In this document: positions 1 to 10,096 of the stretch, one piece after another | Layout of the letters: each line of letters opens with the position of its first letter | How positions within the stretch are numbered: the first letter of the stretch is position 1 | Source of the DNA: an uncultured Nitrospiraceae bacterium | GTDB lineage: Bacteria > Nitrospirota > Thermodesulfovibrionia > Thermodesulfovibrionales > Dissulfurispiraceae | NCBI GenBank assembly: GCA_963727805.1 | Contig: CAVSHF010000005.1 | Coordinates: 800,001-864,000, forward strand | Direction of reading: 5' to 3' | Length of the DNA stretch: 64,000 nucleotides | Program-made: the position numbers and the translations under genes | The notes under the pieces: generated by a model | Told to the model about the DNA's origin: nothing | The model's database searches: none | Seen by the model: the letters and a program-made list of their open reading frames with translations, nothing else

Positions 1-2617
1 GCGTTTCCACGGGAATTTGTCGGCCCGTCAGCCTGGAAAGGGCATCTTCAAACGATGAGCCATACCCAAGATTTTCACCTAGTGACACAACCACCCTTTT
101 CAATTCAGGCATCTTTCCAACCGTCGCCTGCAGGTAGATTGGCTGCACATAGAGCAGTTTGTAGTCTGCAAGCGGGATTATGATCAGATTGCCTAGCACT
201 ACTTGGCTCCCCTGCTGGTTCCAGAGAGAAAAATCCTTCGATATGACGTCATCTTGGTTCATGCGCGCGCTGATCTGCAAAGGTCCGTAGACAAGTCTAT
301 CCTTGGGGAATTTGAATAATAGCAGCTTGCCATAGTTCTCTCCATCGCAACGAGCTGCTATCCAGCTCACCATATTGTTGCGGGGCTGTGCCTGATTGGT
401 GGTAAGAGGCGAGAAAGGCCTGACAAGCGCAAACTCTTCTTTGGTCTCACCAGGAATGGTCATGACCACATAATATGGCATGATCGACTCAACCTTACCA
501 TGAGAAAGCTCCCCTGCCGGCTGCCATGCATCTTCCCTATTGTAAAAAACACTTGGGTCGGACATATGATAAGTACTGAAGATATCACCCTGTATCCGCA
601 ATAGGTCCTCAGCGTATCGTATATGCGCCCTCAATTCTGTGGGCATATTGGTTGCACTTTTAAACATTCCGGGGAATATCCTCTGATAGGTCTTGATTAT
701 GGGATCATCCTGATCGAATACGTAGAAATCCACTTTGCCGGTAAAAGCATTCATCACCACTTTGACGGAATTCCTTATATAATTCAATGATCCTCTTCCA
801 TGTGACGGCTCTGAATAGGGAAAATCCGTGCTTGCGGTATAGGCGTCCCATAGATAGAACAGATTGCCATTTGCCACTACCTGGTATCTGTCGGAATCGT
901 ATGCGAGAAAAGGAGCGAGGGTTTTAACGCGGGTCTGAATATCCCTTCTCCAGAGAAGCCTCGTTTGCGGAGTTATTTCGGCAGCCGTTAGAAGCCTCAA
1001 TCCGTCAATCCTGAGGGCGAATGCAAGCTTCTTTAAAAAAGAGTCAAGCTCTATGCCGCTGTTGGCTTCATAACGATAAGTGGCATTTGCGTCCCCGAGA
1101 GGGTAGTCGAACTCCTGATGAGCGGTATGAACATACACATGTTCTGTCGTCACCTCCCCGAAGTATATCCGGGGCTGCGTTATCTGAAGCTCGGGATATT
1201 TAGAGACCGGCGGAATGTCCCTGATCCAATAGTCTGGGGATCCTTCAGGCAGAACCCTATTGACGGGGTTGGCAACGGCGCCATACCCGTGAGTGTAGAC
1301 AAGATGCTCATTCTGCCATGTTTTGGACTGGGCGGCCAGTTTATCAGGATCCAGTTCCCTGGCCGAATACATCAACTGCTGGAGCCTTCCGTTTATGACA
1401 TAACGGACAACATTCACACTGGGGAAGGTGTAGTAAAGCCTGAAGCCCTGGTACTGACTGTTATTACTCTGCTGAACCCTCCAGTCCCAGACGCGTACAT
1501 TGTCGAACGTAACCCTATTCTTGGATATAATATCGGGTGTCATCCCGGAGAAATTGACCGGGAATTCCACCTGCTTCATTTTGTCATCCGTAAGCCCATA
1601 GGCGATTTTAGTATATCTAATATTGTGTTTGATATATTCACTTTCCATTGACAGTTCGTTTGGTGATACCTTGTAGCGCTGCAGTAATGAAGGGACGGCC
1701 TCGACTCCCACTACCCAGGAGAGTATGCATATCAAAAGGCCTAAAGATGCAGCTTGGGCGGTACGCTTGAAGTCATTCGAAAAGATAGAGATCCCGAGCA
1801 ATACGGCGGACACCACAAGCGCCACCATAAAGAAGTTGTATGCGCCAATTTGCACATGTACGTCGGTCCATCCCGGTCCAAAGACAGCGCCCCGGGGAGA
1901 ATACATAAGGTCCCATTTGGCTATTTGAGTCCAAAACATAAAAATACCGATCATCACAACACCCAAGCCTGAAAGATGCGTGATAATGCGGTGGTGATCT
2001 GTTGTGCCGACGTTGATCAAAGTGCTATTCTTCACAAAAATTTGTTTTACCCGTTCACGACTGACAAAACCAATGTAGAGTCCCATAGAACCAAGCATAG
2101 TGGCAAGCACTAAGACAAATAGGGCACTCCGTAGGGTCTTCAGAAAAGGCAGTGTGAAAATATAAAATCCGATATCCCTGTTAAAGATAGGCTCCGTCAG
2201 GTTGAATGATACTTGATGGCTGAAACGGAGGTACTCGTATACTACGTCTGTCATTCCAAAAGCAAATATCGACGCGAATAATAAACAACCGACCGTTGCC
2301 AGATATTTAAGGAATGAGATCATCGAGGTGGTTTTGAAGATATAGAGAAAGTTGGCCATGATGAAAACCAATGCAATTATGAATGACACCGCAAAGATGC
2401 CTATCTCGGGAAGAAGGATATTCCAGTATCTCTGCTCATAACCAAGATCGGCATACCAAAGCGATTCAGTTACAACCTCAATGCCTATCCGGGCTCCCAC
2501 GAAAATGATCGCCACCAGCAATGCCCATGCGATACGGCCTTTGAAGCTATATTTGTTCAAAACGAAGGGCAGTGCGCTTATGCCAATATAAAGCAGAAAT
2601 AATATCCATCCAAGCAT
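1..2617 (-). CDS. UPF0182 (COG1615) membrane protein, 3' end runs off the window
   Basis: Not in the ORF track. Hand translation from ATG at 2617 (GAGGGG RBS upstream) gives a hydrophobic N-terminus MLGWILFLLYIG; spot-translated downstream stretches give the family motifs NYIRNSVKVV, WNQQGSQVVLGNLIIIP and YVQPIYLQA..PELKRVVV. Confidence 0.9.
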   Translation of the reverse strand, partial: MLGWILFLLYIGISALPFVLNKYSFKGRIAWALLVAIIFVGARIGIEVVTESLWYADLGYEQRYWNILLPEIGIFAVSFIIALVFIMANFLYIFKTTSMISFLKYLATVGCLLFASIFAFGMTDVVYEYLRFSHQVSFNLTEPIFNRDIGFYIFTLPFLKTLRSALFVLVLATMLGSMGLYIGFVSRERVKQIFVKNSTLINVGTTDHHRIITHLSGLGVVMIGIFMFWTQIAKWDLMYSPRGAVFGPGWTDVHVQIGAYNFFMVALVVSAVLLGISIFSNDFKRTAQAASLGLLICILSWVVGVEAVPSLLQRYKVSPNELSMESEYIKHNIRYTKIAYGLTDDKMKQVEFPVNFSGMTPDIISKNRVTFDNVRVWDWRVQQSNNSQYQGFRLYYTFPSVNVVRYVINGRLQQLMYSARELDPDKLAAQSKTWQNEHLVYTHGYGAVANPVNRVLPEGSPDYWIRDIPPVSKYPELQITQPRIYFGEVTTEHVYVHTAHQEFDYPLGDANATYRYEANSGIELDSFLKKLAFALRIDGLRLLTAAEITPQTRLLWRRDIQTRVKTLAPFLAYDSDRYQVVANGNLFYLWDAYTASTDFPYSEPSHGRGSLNYIRNSVKVVMNAFTGKVDFYVFDQDDPIIKTYQRIFPGMFKSATNMPTELRAHIRYAEDLLRIQGDIFSTYHMSDPSVFYNREDAWQPAGELSHGKVESIMPYYVVMTIPGETKEEFALVRPFSPLTTNQAQPRNNMVSWIAARCDGENYGKLLLFKFPKDRLVYGPLQISARMNQDDVISKDFSLWNQQGSQVVLGNLIIIPLADYKLLYVQPIYLQATVGKMPELKRVVVSLGENLGYGSSFEDALSRLTGRQIPVET

Positions 2618-2778
2618 TGAATACCCCCTCAAAGGCTTGTCATCATCCCCATTATATCAGATTTATCAGGATACAGACTTCGGGAAGAGGGCAGCGCTAG
2701 CCAACCTCGAACTGGAAAACTCCATATGATAATATAAGGCGGCATGCTGCTAGCATGGGGAACGGCGTCTCTCTAAGC

Positions 2779-4041
2779 CTAACTTTGATTTGCACCCCTC
2801 ATCATGCCGATGAAAAGTTTGATGAGGACAGGATCGTAATTATCAGCTTCTTTCGTGAGCAGTGCCATGGCCTCAAAAGATGAGATCGGCTCTTTAAACG
2901 GTTTTTTAGTTGTGATCGAGTCGTAGCAGTCGCATATGGCGGTAATCCGGCCATAAAGCTTGATCTTGTCGGCCGAAAGCCTGAATGGATAACCGCGCTT
3001 GGAAAGTTTTTCATGATGCTGAACAGCAGCCGTTATGACATCCTCCGGCATGTTCTTATCGGCCTTCAGCAATCTTTCGCCTTCCATAACATGATTTTTA
3101 TAGACCTGAAATTCGTTATCGGAGAGATTGCCCATTTTGTTAATAATTGCCGCGGGTACAATGCTCATTCCTATATCATGAAGCAGTGCCCCAAGGGCAA
3201 GGTTTTGCGTCTCCTTCGGCTTGATCCCTATTTTGAGTCCGAGCCCGGTTGCCATGATTGCAACATTGACGGAATGAACGTTTACAAAGTAATTATGCAG
3301 CCCCTTGGACAGAAATTCGGGTATCTGATCGAGGTTCTCAGAAACCATATTCACAAATGAACTCATTACAGCTCTGATGCGCAATATGATCTCCTTGTTC
3401 GCGGGCTCATTCAGCAGAAAGTCTATCATCAGTTTCAGATTCTCTATGATGGCCCAGTTCTTTATGGTGATTTTTTCAGTCGGCAAGATGCTCTCCGATT
3501 TAATCAGACTGTTGATAAACTGATGGTAAAGCTTAATGTCCGATTTCTTTATCACGATATCTCCGACAATATGAGCGTTATCGATGTGCTCGTCCTTTAG
3601 TTCCGCAGGGTTAGCTTCATCAGCTTTCAGCAGATCCTGCATTTCCAGATTTCTAATAACGAAGAGGCTAAATTTTATTTTTTCTCCGACAATAAGCAGT
3701 TTTCTGCCGGTATAATAGACCTTCTCTTTGTCGGCAGTGTATTTCTCGAACTTTTTTTCAGGGCTGAGGGGGGCGGCTGATTCCTGATTTTTCTTCTTAT
3801 ATTTATTCACTTCATCCATAACTTCGTAGTCCACGTATACTTCAGAAATACCCTTGCCCTGCAGAGCACCTCTGTCTATATGGTTATACTTATGACCCTT
3901 TGGAAAAGATAGCTTGAAAGTGCTTTTATCCTTGGTATAAACATCGCAGGGGAGCTCGGTCCCCACAACAAGGTAGTCCATCTTTATCGGCGTGAAGTCT
4001 ATTACAAAGGTGCGTCTTTTAACTGTTACATAGTCACCCAT
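2779..4041 (-). CDS. HD-GYP domain protein (putative c-di-GMP phosphodiesterase) with uncharacterised N-terminus
   Basis: LLHDIG, HHEKL..RGYP and ICDCYDS motifs. Confidence 0.85.
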   Translation of the reverse strand: MGDYVTVKRRTFVIDFTPIKMDYLVVGTELPCDVYTKDKSTFKLSFPKGHKYNHIDRGALQGKGISEVYVDYEVMDEVNKYKKKNQESAAPLSPEKKFEKYTADKEKVYYTGRKLLIVGEKIKFSLFVIRNLEMQDLLKADEANPAELKDEHIDNAHIVGDIVIKKSDIKLYHQFINSLIKSESILPTEKITIKNWAIIENLKLMIDFLLNEPANKEIILRIRAVMSSFVNMVSENLDQIPEFLSKGLHNYFVNVHSVNVAIMATGLGLKIGIKPKETQNLALGALLHDIGMSIVPAAIINKMGNLSDNEFQVYKNHVMEGERLLKADKNMPEDVITAAVQHHEKLSKRGYPFRLSADKIKLYGRITAICDCYDSITTKKPFKEPISSFEAMALLTKEADNYDPVLIKLFIGMMRGANQS

Positions 4042-4131
4042 GTGTGTTTAATCTACAATATAATCGCAATAAAATCAATAGCGGACACAAGTATTTTATC
4101 CTACCCCTCCCCCACTAGCCGCGCTCGTCAA

Positions 4132-4512
4132 TTATATGATGCTCAGAACGGTAAATATGATGAACATAAGAAGCAGCGATATTCCAACAAGCGTTGCCTT
4201 TAATCGACCGTTTTTGCCCTTGTCGATTGAGGGGATTAGTAGCAGAAGCACTACATAACTCATGGGTACCAGCACCGTGCCTATGATTGCGGTTTTCCCG
4301 GGAAAGTAGCCAACGAGTTCAAAGAGCCAGAGAAAATACCATTCAGGCCTCGGCTGGAAGGGTTTCAGAAAATCGATCTGTCGACCGATCGCGGGGGGGA
4401 AAAGCAGAGCAAGGATCACCAGGATCTCAAAACAGATGACGATAGTTGTGACGATCTCCGAGAGGTAGTCGGGATAGAATCTCTTATCGTTTTTTCCCTT
4501 CTGTTCCGCCAT
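4132..4512 (-). CDS. Cytochrome b C-terminal subunit (subunit IV-like) of a Rieske/cyt b complex
   Basis: RFYPD, PEWYFL motif, about three TM helices, follows the split cyt b. Confidence 0.85.
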   Translation of the reverse strand: MAEQKGKNDKRFYPDYLSEIVTTIVICFEILVILALLFPPAIGRQIDFLKPFQPRPEWYFLWLFELVGYFPGKTAIIGTVLVPMSYVVLLLLIPSIDKGKNGRLKATLVGISLLLMFIIFTVLSII

Positions 4513-4524
4513 TATATTGTCCCG

Positions 4525-5172
4525 CTACAATCCTTTTGAAATCCCCTGTCTCTTGACCATGTGAAAGTGTGCCCAGAGGAGAATTGAAATTGACAGAGGT
4601 AGATGGAGTATATGTAGACTGTAAAACCTTACGAGAGTTGCCCCGCTCACTTCGAGGCCTCCTCTGAAGGCATATACGATGTAGTCACCGATGAAAGGAA
4701 CGTTCTGCGCCATCGAAGTCCCCACCTCAGTTGCCCAGTAGGCCTTCTGGTCCCACGGCAGCAGATATCCTGTGAAGCCCGAGAACATCGCCAGAACAAA
4801 GGTCATGACGCCGACCATCCAGTTCAGATCGCGCGGAGGCCTGTACGCCTTTGACAAAAACACCCGCACCGTATGAAGCATAATCGAAATAATAAAGAGA
4901 GAGGCAGACCATTTGTGTAAGCCCCTTATGATCCAGCCCAGGGTCACTTCGTTCGTAATCATGACGATGCTGTGATAGGCCTCCTTCTCGGAGGGGACAT
5001 AGTATAGCGACAGGAGAAAGCCTGAAAAAGCAAGCGTGAGAAAGAAGGTAAAGGCCAAGCCGCCAAAACAGTAGGTATAGCCGATATTTGACGGTATACG
5101 GCGTTCGAGGAACCTGCCATGAGGCCGCTTAATCCCAAAACGGAAATCAAGCCAGTCAAAGACTTTGCCCAT
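4525..5172 (-). CDS. petB: Cytochrome b6-type (N-terminal) subunit
   Basis: YCFGG, heme ligands in RGLHKW/MLHTVR/SLHILH/WAHF, GYLLPWDQKAYWA. Confidence 0.9.
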   Translation of the reverse strand: MGKVFDWLDFRFGIKRPHGRFLERRIPSNIGYTYCFGGLAFTFFLTLAFSGFLLSLYYVPSEKEAYHSIVMITNEVTLGWIIRGLHKWSASLFIISIMLHTVRVFLSKAYRPPRDLNWMVGVMTFVLAMFSGFTGYLLPWDQKAYWATEVGTSMAQNVPFIGDYIVYAFRGGLEVSGATLVRFYSLHILHLPLSISILLWAHFHMVKRQGISKGL

Positions 5173-5615
5173 CAGACTGTGATACCCAAATAAATTTTGC
5201 CCGCCTCGATCTTGTAGGGCAACATGGCGAGCGACTTTGGCGGTGGGCCTGCAATCACCTGACCTTCGCTGTTATACCTGCCGCCGTGGCACGGGCAGAG
5301 GAATTCCTTTCTGTTATTGTCCCAGTTGACATAACAACCGAGGTGCGTACAAACAGGAGAAAATGCAATAAGCCCTTTTTCGTTAACAGAAAGAAAGGCC
5401 CTGTTCAGTATTTCACTCTCAGCAACCGTATATTTGAACTCCACCTTGCGGACCCCTCTCTTGGGCAGATCATCCACATCAAGAACATAGACGAACTGGA
5501 GAAGCCGTTTATTCACCTTAGATGGATAAATGTACCATACAGCGGTGAAGACCCCAGTTGAGAGAAGCACGAAGAAAGATTTGATTATGCCCTTAAGAAA
5601 CTTTCTCCGTGTCAT
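5172..5615 (-). CDS. petC: Rieske [2Fe-2S] subunit with Tat anchor
   Basis: TRRKFLK Tat motif, CTHLGC and CPCHGG boxes; ATG at 5615 preferred over TTG at 5627. Confidence 0.9.
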   Translation of the reverse strand: MTRRKFLKGIIKSFFVLLSTGVFTAVWYIYPSKVNKRLLQFVYVLDVDDLPKRGVRKVEFKYTVAESEILNRAFLSVNEKGLIAFSPVCTHLGCYVNWDNNRKEFLCPCHGGRYNSEGQVIAGPPPKSLAMLPYKIEAGKIYLGITV

Positions 5616-5666
5616 AAATGCTAGCAATTAGGCAGGGAAAAGCGGTCCATGCCGCCTCCTTAAGCC

Positions 5667-5951
5667 CTATTCTCCGCGGTTGAGGGCGTTATGGAAGGGC
5701 TTGCCGATTTTAAAGTGGAGGGCCTTCTTGGCCGGCACCTGGACTTTTTCTCCGGTCTTGGGGTTTCTCGCCACCTTGCCTTCTCTCTGTTTCAGCCGGA
5801 AGTTGCCGAAACCCCTAATCTCTATCTTTTCGCCACGGGCAAGCGCTTCTTTCATACCGTCGAAGACTGTGTTGATGATCGCTTCAACCTGTTTCTTTGT
5901 CAGCCCTTCGACCTTTTCAGTAACCTTTTCGATGAGCACCGATTTTGTCAT
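5667..5951 (-). CDS. HU/IHF family DNA-binding protein (IHF-beta-like position downstream of rpsA-sppA)
   Basis: MTKS.LI, IRGFGNF, ARNPKTGE motifs. Confidence 0.92.
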   Translation of the reverse strand: MTKSVLIEKVTEKVEGLTKKQVEAIINTVFDGMKEALARGEKIEIRGFGNFRLKQREGKVARNPKTGEKVQVPAKKALHFKIGKPFHNALNRGE

Positions 5952-6047
5952 TCTCTCCCTCCAAGTGAGCTTAAAATAGGATGCATGTCGTAATCACTTA
6001 TATTTTGAGTCATTATTTACTGTCTTTACTACTGATTGATGTTTTTC

Positions 6048-6905
6048 TCAGGGCATGTACATATAATACATGTACTTCAGACTGATATCGGGCAACACCC
6101 GGGAAAGTTCTTCAGGCACCTTTCCTTCGAGCAGCCTCGACAGAACGCCCTTTTCGGCTTTCGAGACAACTTCGGGCTCTCCTTCGATGCCTGCAAGTTT
6201 TGCAGCATACTTGACGGCATATTCAAGATCGCCCACCTCATCGACAAGGCCAACATTGATGGCCTGACGGCCGGAAAATATCCTTCCATCAGCTATCGCG
6301 CGGGTCTTTTCGATGGGCATCTTCCGCCCTTCTGAAACAGCCTCAATGAATTGCTCATGAACATCATCCATAACACCCTGGATAATCGTGCGCTCCTCCG
6401 GGCCTATGCCCCTAAAAACTGAAGCAAGATCCTTGTTCTTACCGCTCTTGACAACCTCGGTCTTTATCCCGACCTTATCGAGGAGCCCCTTCAGATTCGG
6501 TACCACCATAATGACGCCGATGGACCCGGTGATGGTGCCCTGATTTGCGATGATACGGTCAGCTGGCGCCGATATATAGTAACCACCCGATGCGGCGACC
6601 GATCCCATTGACACGACAACCTTTTTAACCATCTTGGCCTTTTTTACCTGTTCATAAATCTCTTGGGACGGGACAACACCTCCGCCCGGACTGTCGATCC
6701 GAAGCACGATCGCTCTAATAGATGAGTCCTTCACATACCCCTTGATCTCGTCCACCACCGACTTTGCCTCGATGATCGGCCCTTCGACACGAACGAGTGC
6801 AACTTTCTCCCTTGCACCCCAGTTAATTGCCGTATAGATGAGGCTTATAAGGATCAGAAATAGTATAAACAGGAGTGAATAAAGCAATACTTTATTGACT
6901 TTCAT
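6048..6905 (-). CDS. sppA: Signal peptide peptidase SppA (36K type)
   Basis: IDSPGG, AASGGYY, TGSIGV, KSGKNKD. Confidence 0.92.
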   Translation of the reverse strand: MKVNKVLLYSLLFILFLILISLIYTAINWGAREKVALVRVEGPIIEAKSVVDEIKGYVKDSSIRAIVLRIDSPGGGVVPSQEIYEQVKKAKMVKKVVVSMGSVAASGGYYISAPADRIIANQGTITGSIGVIMVVPNLKGLLDKVGIKTEVVKSGKNKDLASVFRGIGPEERTIIQGVMDDVHEQFIEAVSEGRKMPIEKTRAIADGRIFSGRQAINVGLVDEVGDLEYAVKYAAKLAGIEGEPEVVSKAEKGVLSRLLEGKVPEELSRVLPDISLKYMYYMYMP

Positions 6906-8505
6906 GAGCCCTCACGTTTTTCATGCTGAGTCCAATCTTGCGCTCTTCCACATTCAATTTTATAATCCTGACCCATAAGTCGTCACCTTCATTGATCTCT
7001 CTTGTTGTATCGACCTCGGATGTATAAATCAGACCTTCTACGCTGTTTTCAAGTTCCACAAAAATGCCGAAGTCGCTTTTCCTCAGGACCTTCCCCCTGA
7101 ACTCTTCGCCAAGCCTGAATTTCGCGGGAATCTCGGTCTCCCATGGATCGTGAGTGAGTTGCTTGATCCCGAGGGCCATCCTCTCGCGTTCAGCATCAAG
7201 ATTGAGAACAACTGCATCGATCTTTTGCCCTTTCTTCAAGACCTCCGACGGATGCTTGATATGCTTCGTCCATGAAAGGTCAGCGATATGGATCAGGCCG
7301 TCCACTCCTTCAGGCAACCGCACAAAGGCCCCAAAATCGGTAATGGTCTTGATCTTGCCCGTAATCGTCTGTCCCACCTGATAATGGTCTGCAATCAGTT
7401 CCCATGGTTTTGGTTTGAGCTGCTTCAGGCTCAGGGAAAGCCTCTTTTCGTCCTTATTCACATTGATGACTTTCGACTCAATCATATCTCCGACAGAAAC
7501 ATACTTGGAAGGATGTTTCTGTCGGGGTGACCAATCGAGCTCTGATATATGAATGAGACCTTCGAGCCCTTCCTCGACCTCAACAAACACCCCATAGTCA
7601 GTAACGTTCACCACTTTCCCGGTGATGTTCATTCCCGATTGATATCTCTCATCTACTGAAAGCCAGGGGTTCGGCTTCTTCTGCTTGTATCCAAGAGTGA
7701 CTTTTTGTGTTGCTTCGTCGAACTTGAGGACGAGAAATTCCTTTTCGTCTCCCACGGAAAAAAATTCCGAAGGATGGTTGACTCTTCCCCATGATATATC
7801 GGAAATATGGAGGAGCCCGTCAATACCGCCAAGATCTACAAAAACACCATAATCCGTTATGTTTTTGACCGTTCCCTGCAGTAGTGCTCCTTCCTTAAGA
7901 AACTTGAGGGTCTCCTCTCGCAATGTCTTTGTCTCTTCTTCGATGATGGACCGTCGCGAAACAATAAGAGTCATGCCCGCCGACGCCCCCTGGCCAGCAC
8001 CATACCCTCTTGCAGGGCTCATCTTCAATATCCTAAGCGGGATAGTCTGTCCAACATAAGCATCGAGGTTCTTTACTGGTTTCACATCGATCTGCGAACC
8101 CGGAAGGAACGCTTTGATGCCTACAACATTGACAATCAGACCTCCTTTTGTCTTCTCGATCACCTTTCCTTCCACCTTAGTATTGCCCTCGAGGGCGGAT
8201 GTCAAGGACTCCCATGCCTTTATCTTGGATGCCCGCTCCCTTGAAAGATAGACAACACCTTCTTGGTCATTGATTCGTTCGATGAAGACAAAGAGTTCAT
8301 CGTCAGCCTTCATGTTCTTAATTTCGTCACTACTAAATTCCGTCGCCGGAATGGTCCCCTCCGATTTATACCCGATATCGACAACGATGCCGTCAGGTTT
8401 CACTGCGATGACCCTCCCCTTTACTACTTCTCCACTGTGAATTCGCTGAAGGGTATCAGCATACATTTGTTCAAGTTCTCTTTCCTCTTCGTTCTGCATG
8501 TTCAT
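6892..8505 (-). CDS. rpsA: 30S ribosomal protein S1
   Basis: Six S1 repeats (YKSEG, AFLPGSQ, DYGVFVDLGGIDGLLHISDISW). Confidence 0.97.
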   Translation of the reverse strand: MNMQNEEERELEQMYADTLQRIHSGEVVKGRVIAVKPDGIVVDIGYKSEGTIPATEFSSDEIKNMKADDELFVFIERINDQEGVVYLSRERASKIKAWESLTSALEGNTKVEGKVIEKTKGGLIVNVVGIKAFLPGSQIDVKPVKNLDAYVGQTIPLRILKMSPARGYGAGQGASAGMTLIVSRRSIIEEETKTLREETLKFLKEGALLQGTVKNITDYGVFVDLGGIDGLLHISDISWGRVNHPSEFFSVGDEKEFLVLKFDEATQKVTLGYKQKKPNPWLSVDERYQSGMNITGKVVNVTDYGVFVEVEEGLEGLIHISELDWSPRQKHPSKYVSVGDMIESKVINVNKDEKRLSLSLKQLKPKPWELIADHYQVGQTITGKIKTITDFGAFVRLPEGVDGLIHIADLSWTKHIKHPSEVLKKGQKIDAVVLNLDAERERMALGIKQLTHDPWETEIPAKFRLGEEFRGKVLRKSDFGIFVELENSVEGLIYTSEVDTTREINEGDDLWVRIIKLNVEERKIGLSMKNVRAHESQ

Positions 8506-8509
8506 ACTA

Positions 8510-9355
8510 TCACCTTCCTCCTATATGTCTAATTCTATCCGCCACTTCCTCTATGATCCAGTCGGGTGTCGAGGCGCCCGCGGTGATGCCGACTTTGTCG
8601 ACATTTGCAAACCAACCCACCTTAATCTCTGAGGCCGTTTCAATGTGGTATGTCGGGACGGACATGGATATACAGAAATTAGCAAGTTGAGTTGTATTGG
8701 CGCTGTTCTTACCTCCGACAACGATAACCACATCCACCTTTTCAGCAATGCTTTTTGTCTCTTTCAGCCTCAATGCCGTCGAATTGCATATAGTGTTAAA
8801 AACCTTAAGCTCCTTTACACGGTCCACAGAATCGCTAAGAAAGTCTTTAAGGACGCTCACCGGCTGGGTTGTCTGGACCACAACGCCTACTCTGCTCTTA
8901 AGATTTGGAGGAGAATCATCCTTATTGACCACGACCGCATCCGGTCCTGCATAGCTCATCAACCCCTTCACTTCGGGATGCTCTTTATCACCGATGATAA
9001 CTACCTGGTAGTCTTCTGCTCTGAGAAGTCTCGCATAATTCTGGGCCTTTTTAACAAAGGGACAGGTTGCGTCAATGACTTCGTATTTCTTCTTATTGAG
9101 CTTCTCGGATATCTCTTTCGAAACGCCATGGGTCCTGACGATAAGGGTCTTAATCTTGCGACTGTCAATCGACTCGATGGGTTGTACCCCCTCTGATTTG
9201 AGTTTCTCGATGACCTGGGGATTATGTATTATAGGCCCCAGCGTATACACCCGTTCGCCCTGCCTCGCCACAGCAAAGGCCATGTCTACTGCCCTTTTCA
9301 CTCCGAAACAGAAGCCAGCCCGTTTCGCCGTGATTACGTTTATGCTGCCCGCCAA
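8510..9355 (-). CDS. ispH: 4-hydroxy-3-methylbut-2-enyl diphosphate reductase
   Basis: GFCFGVKRA, IIHN, DATCPFV, NTICN, TAGASTP. Confidence 0.96.
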   Translation of the reverse strand: MAGSINVITAKRAGFCFGVKRAVDMAFAVARQGERVYTLGPIIHNPQVIEKLKSEGVQPIESIDSRKIKTLIVRTHGVSKEISEKLNKKKYEVIDATCPFVKKAQNYARLLRAEDYQVVIIGDKEHPEVKGLMSYAGPDAVVVNKDDSPPNLKSRVGVVVQTTQPVSVLKDFLSDSVDRVKELKVFNTICNSTALRLKETKSIAEKVDVVIVVGGKNSANTTQLANFCISMSVPTYHIETASEIKVGWFANVDKVGITAGASTPDWIIEEVADRIRHIGGR

Positions 9356-9447
9356 AAAACACCTCCAAAAATAACCATTACATGAGACTTGTTGTGGTGG
9401 ACTAACCTATAAGATACAGAATAATGCATTTATATTTCAAGGATATA

Positions 9448-10095
9448 TCACTGCGCCTTTTTTAAAATAACATCAATAACTGCATTGAGTGACATATCAC
9501 TGGTATCGATATAGATGGCGTCTTCAGCCTTTCTTAGTGGAGCGATGTCACGGTTCTTGTCCCTGAAATCCCTGTCTCTGACATCCCGCAAGGCTTCCTC
9601 CATCGTGATCGGGAGCCCCTTTTCCTTGAGCTGGAGATAGCGCCTTTCTGCACGGCCCTCTTCAGAAGCGTCAAGATATATCTTAACCTGAGCTTCTGGG
9701 AACACTATCGTGGTCATGTCCCTGCCCTCGGCAACAATATCGCAGTTCCGGCCTGCGGCTTTCTGAATCATCAAGAGATGGTCCCTTACGCTCTTCCTGG
9801 CAGAAAAGACCGAAGCGAAATGTCCGGCCTCAGGCGTCCTAATCACATCCGAGATATCCTCGCCATTTAGAAATACCTTCTCACCATCGAGACTTATCTC
9901 CGCATCTCTTACAGCATCAATGATTTGTTCATCTGGACTTTCGGGGCTCGCCCCCTTCCTGGTCAAATGGAAGGCCAGCGCCCGATAAAAGGCCCCTGTA
10001 TCAAGATACTGAAATCCAAGCCGCTGCGCTACCAGCCTGGAAACAGAACTCTTTCCGGCCCCCGATGGGCCGTCTATGGCGATAACCTTTGCCAA
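9448..10095 (-). CDS. cmk: Cytidylate kinase
   Basis: IDGPSGAGKS, LDTGA.YR, EGRD. Confidence 0.96.
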   Translation of the reverse strand: MAKVIAIDGPSGAGKSSVSRLVAQRLGFQYLDTGAFYRALAFHLTRKGASPESPDEQIIDAVRDAEISLDGEKVFLNGEDISDVIRTPEAGHFASVFSARKSVRDHLLMIQKAAGRNCDIVAEGRDMTTIVFPEAQVKIYLDASEEGRAERRYLQLKEKGLPITMEEALRDVRDRDFRDKNRDIAPLRKAEDAIYIDTSDMSLNAVIDVILKKAQ

Positions 10096-10096
10096 T

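Noticed and set aside
1021..1972. Plus-strand ORFs of 60-177 aa in the track
   Set aside because: Antisense shadows of the UPF0182 gene on the minus strand
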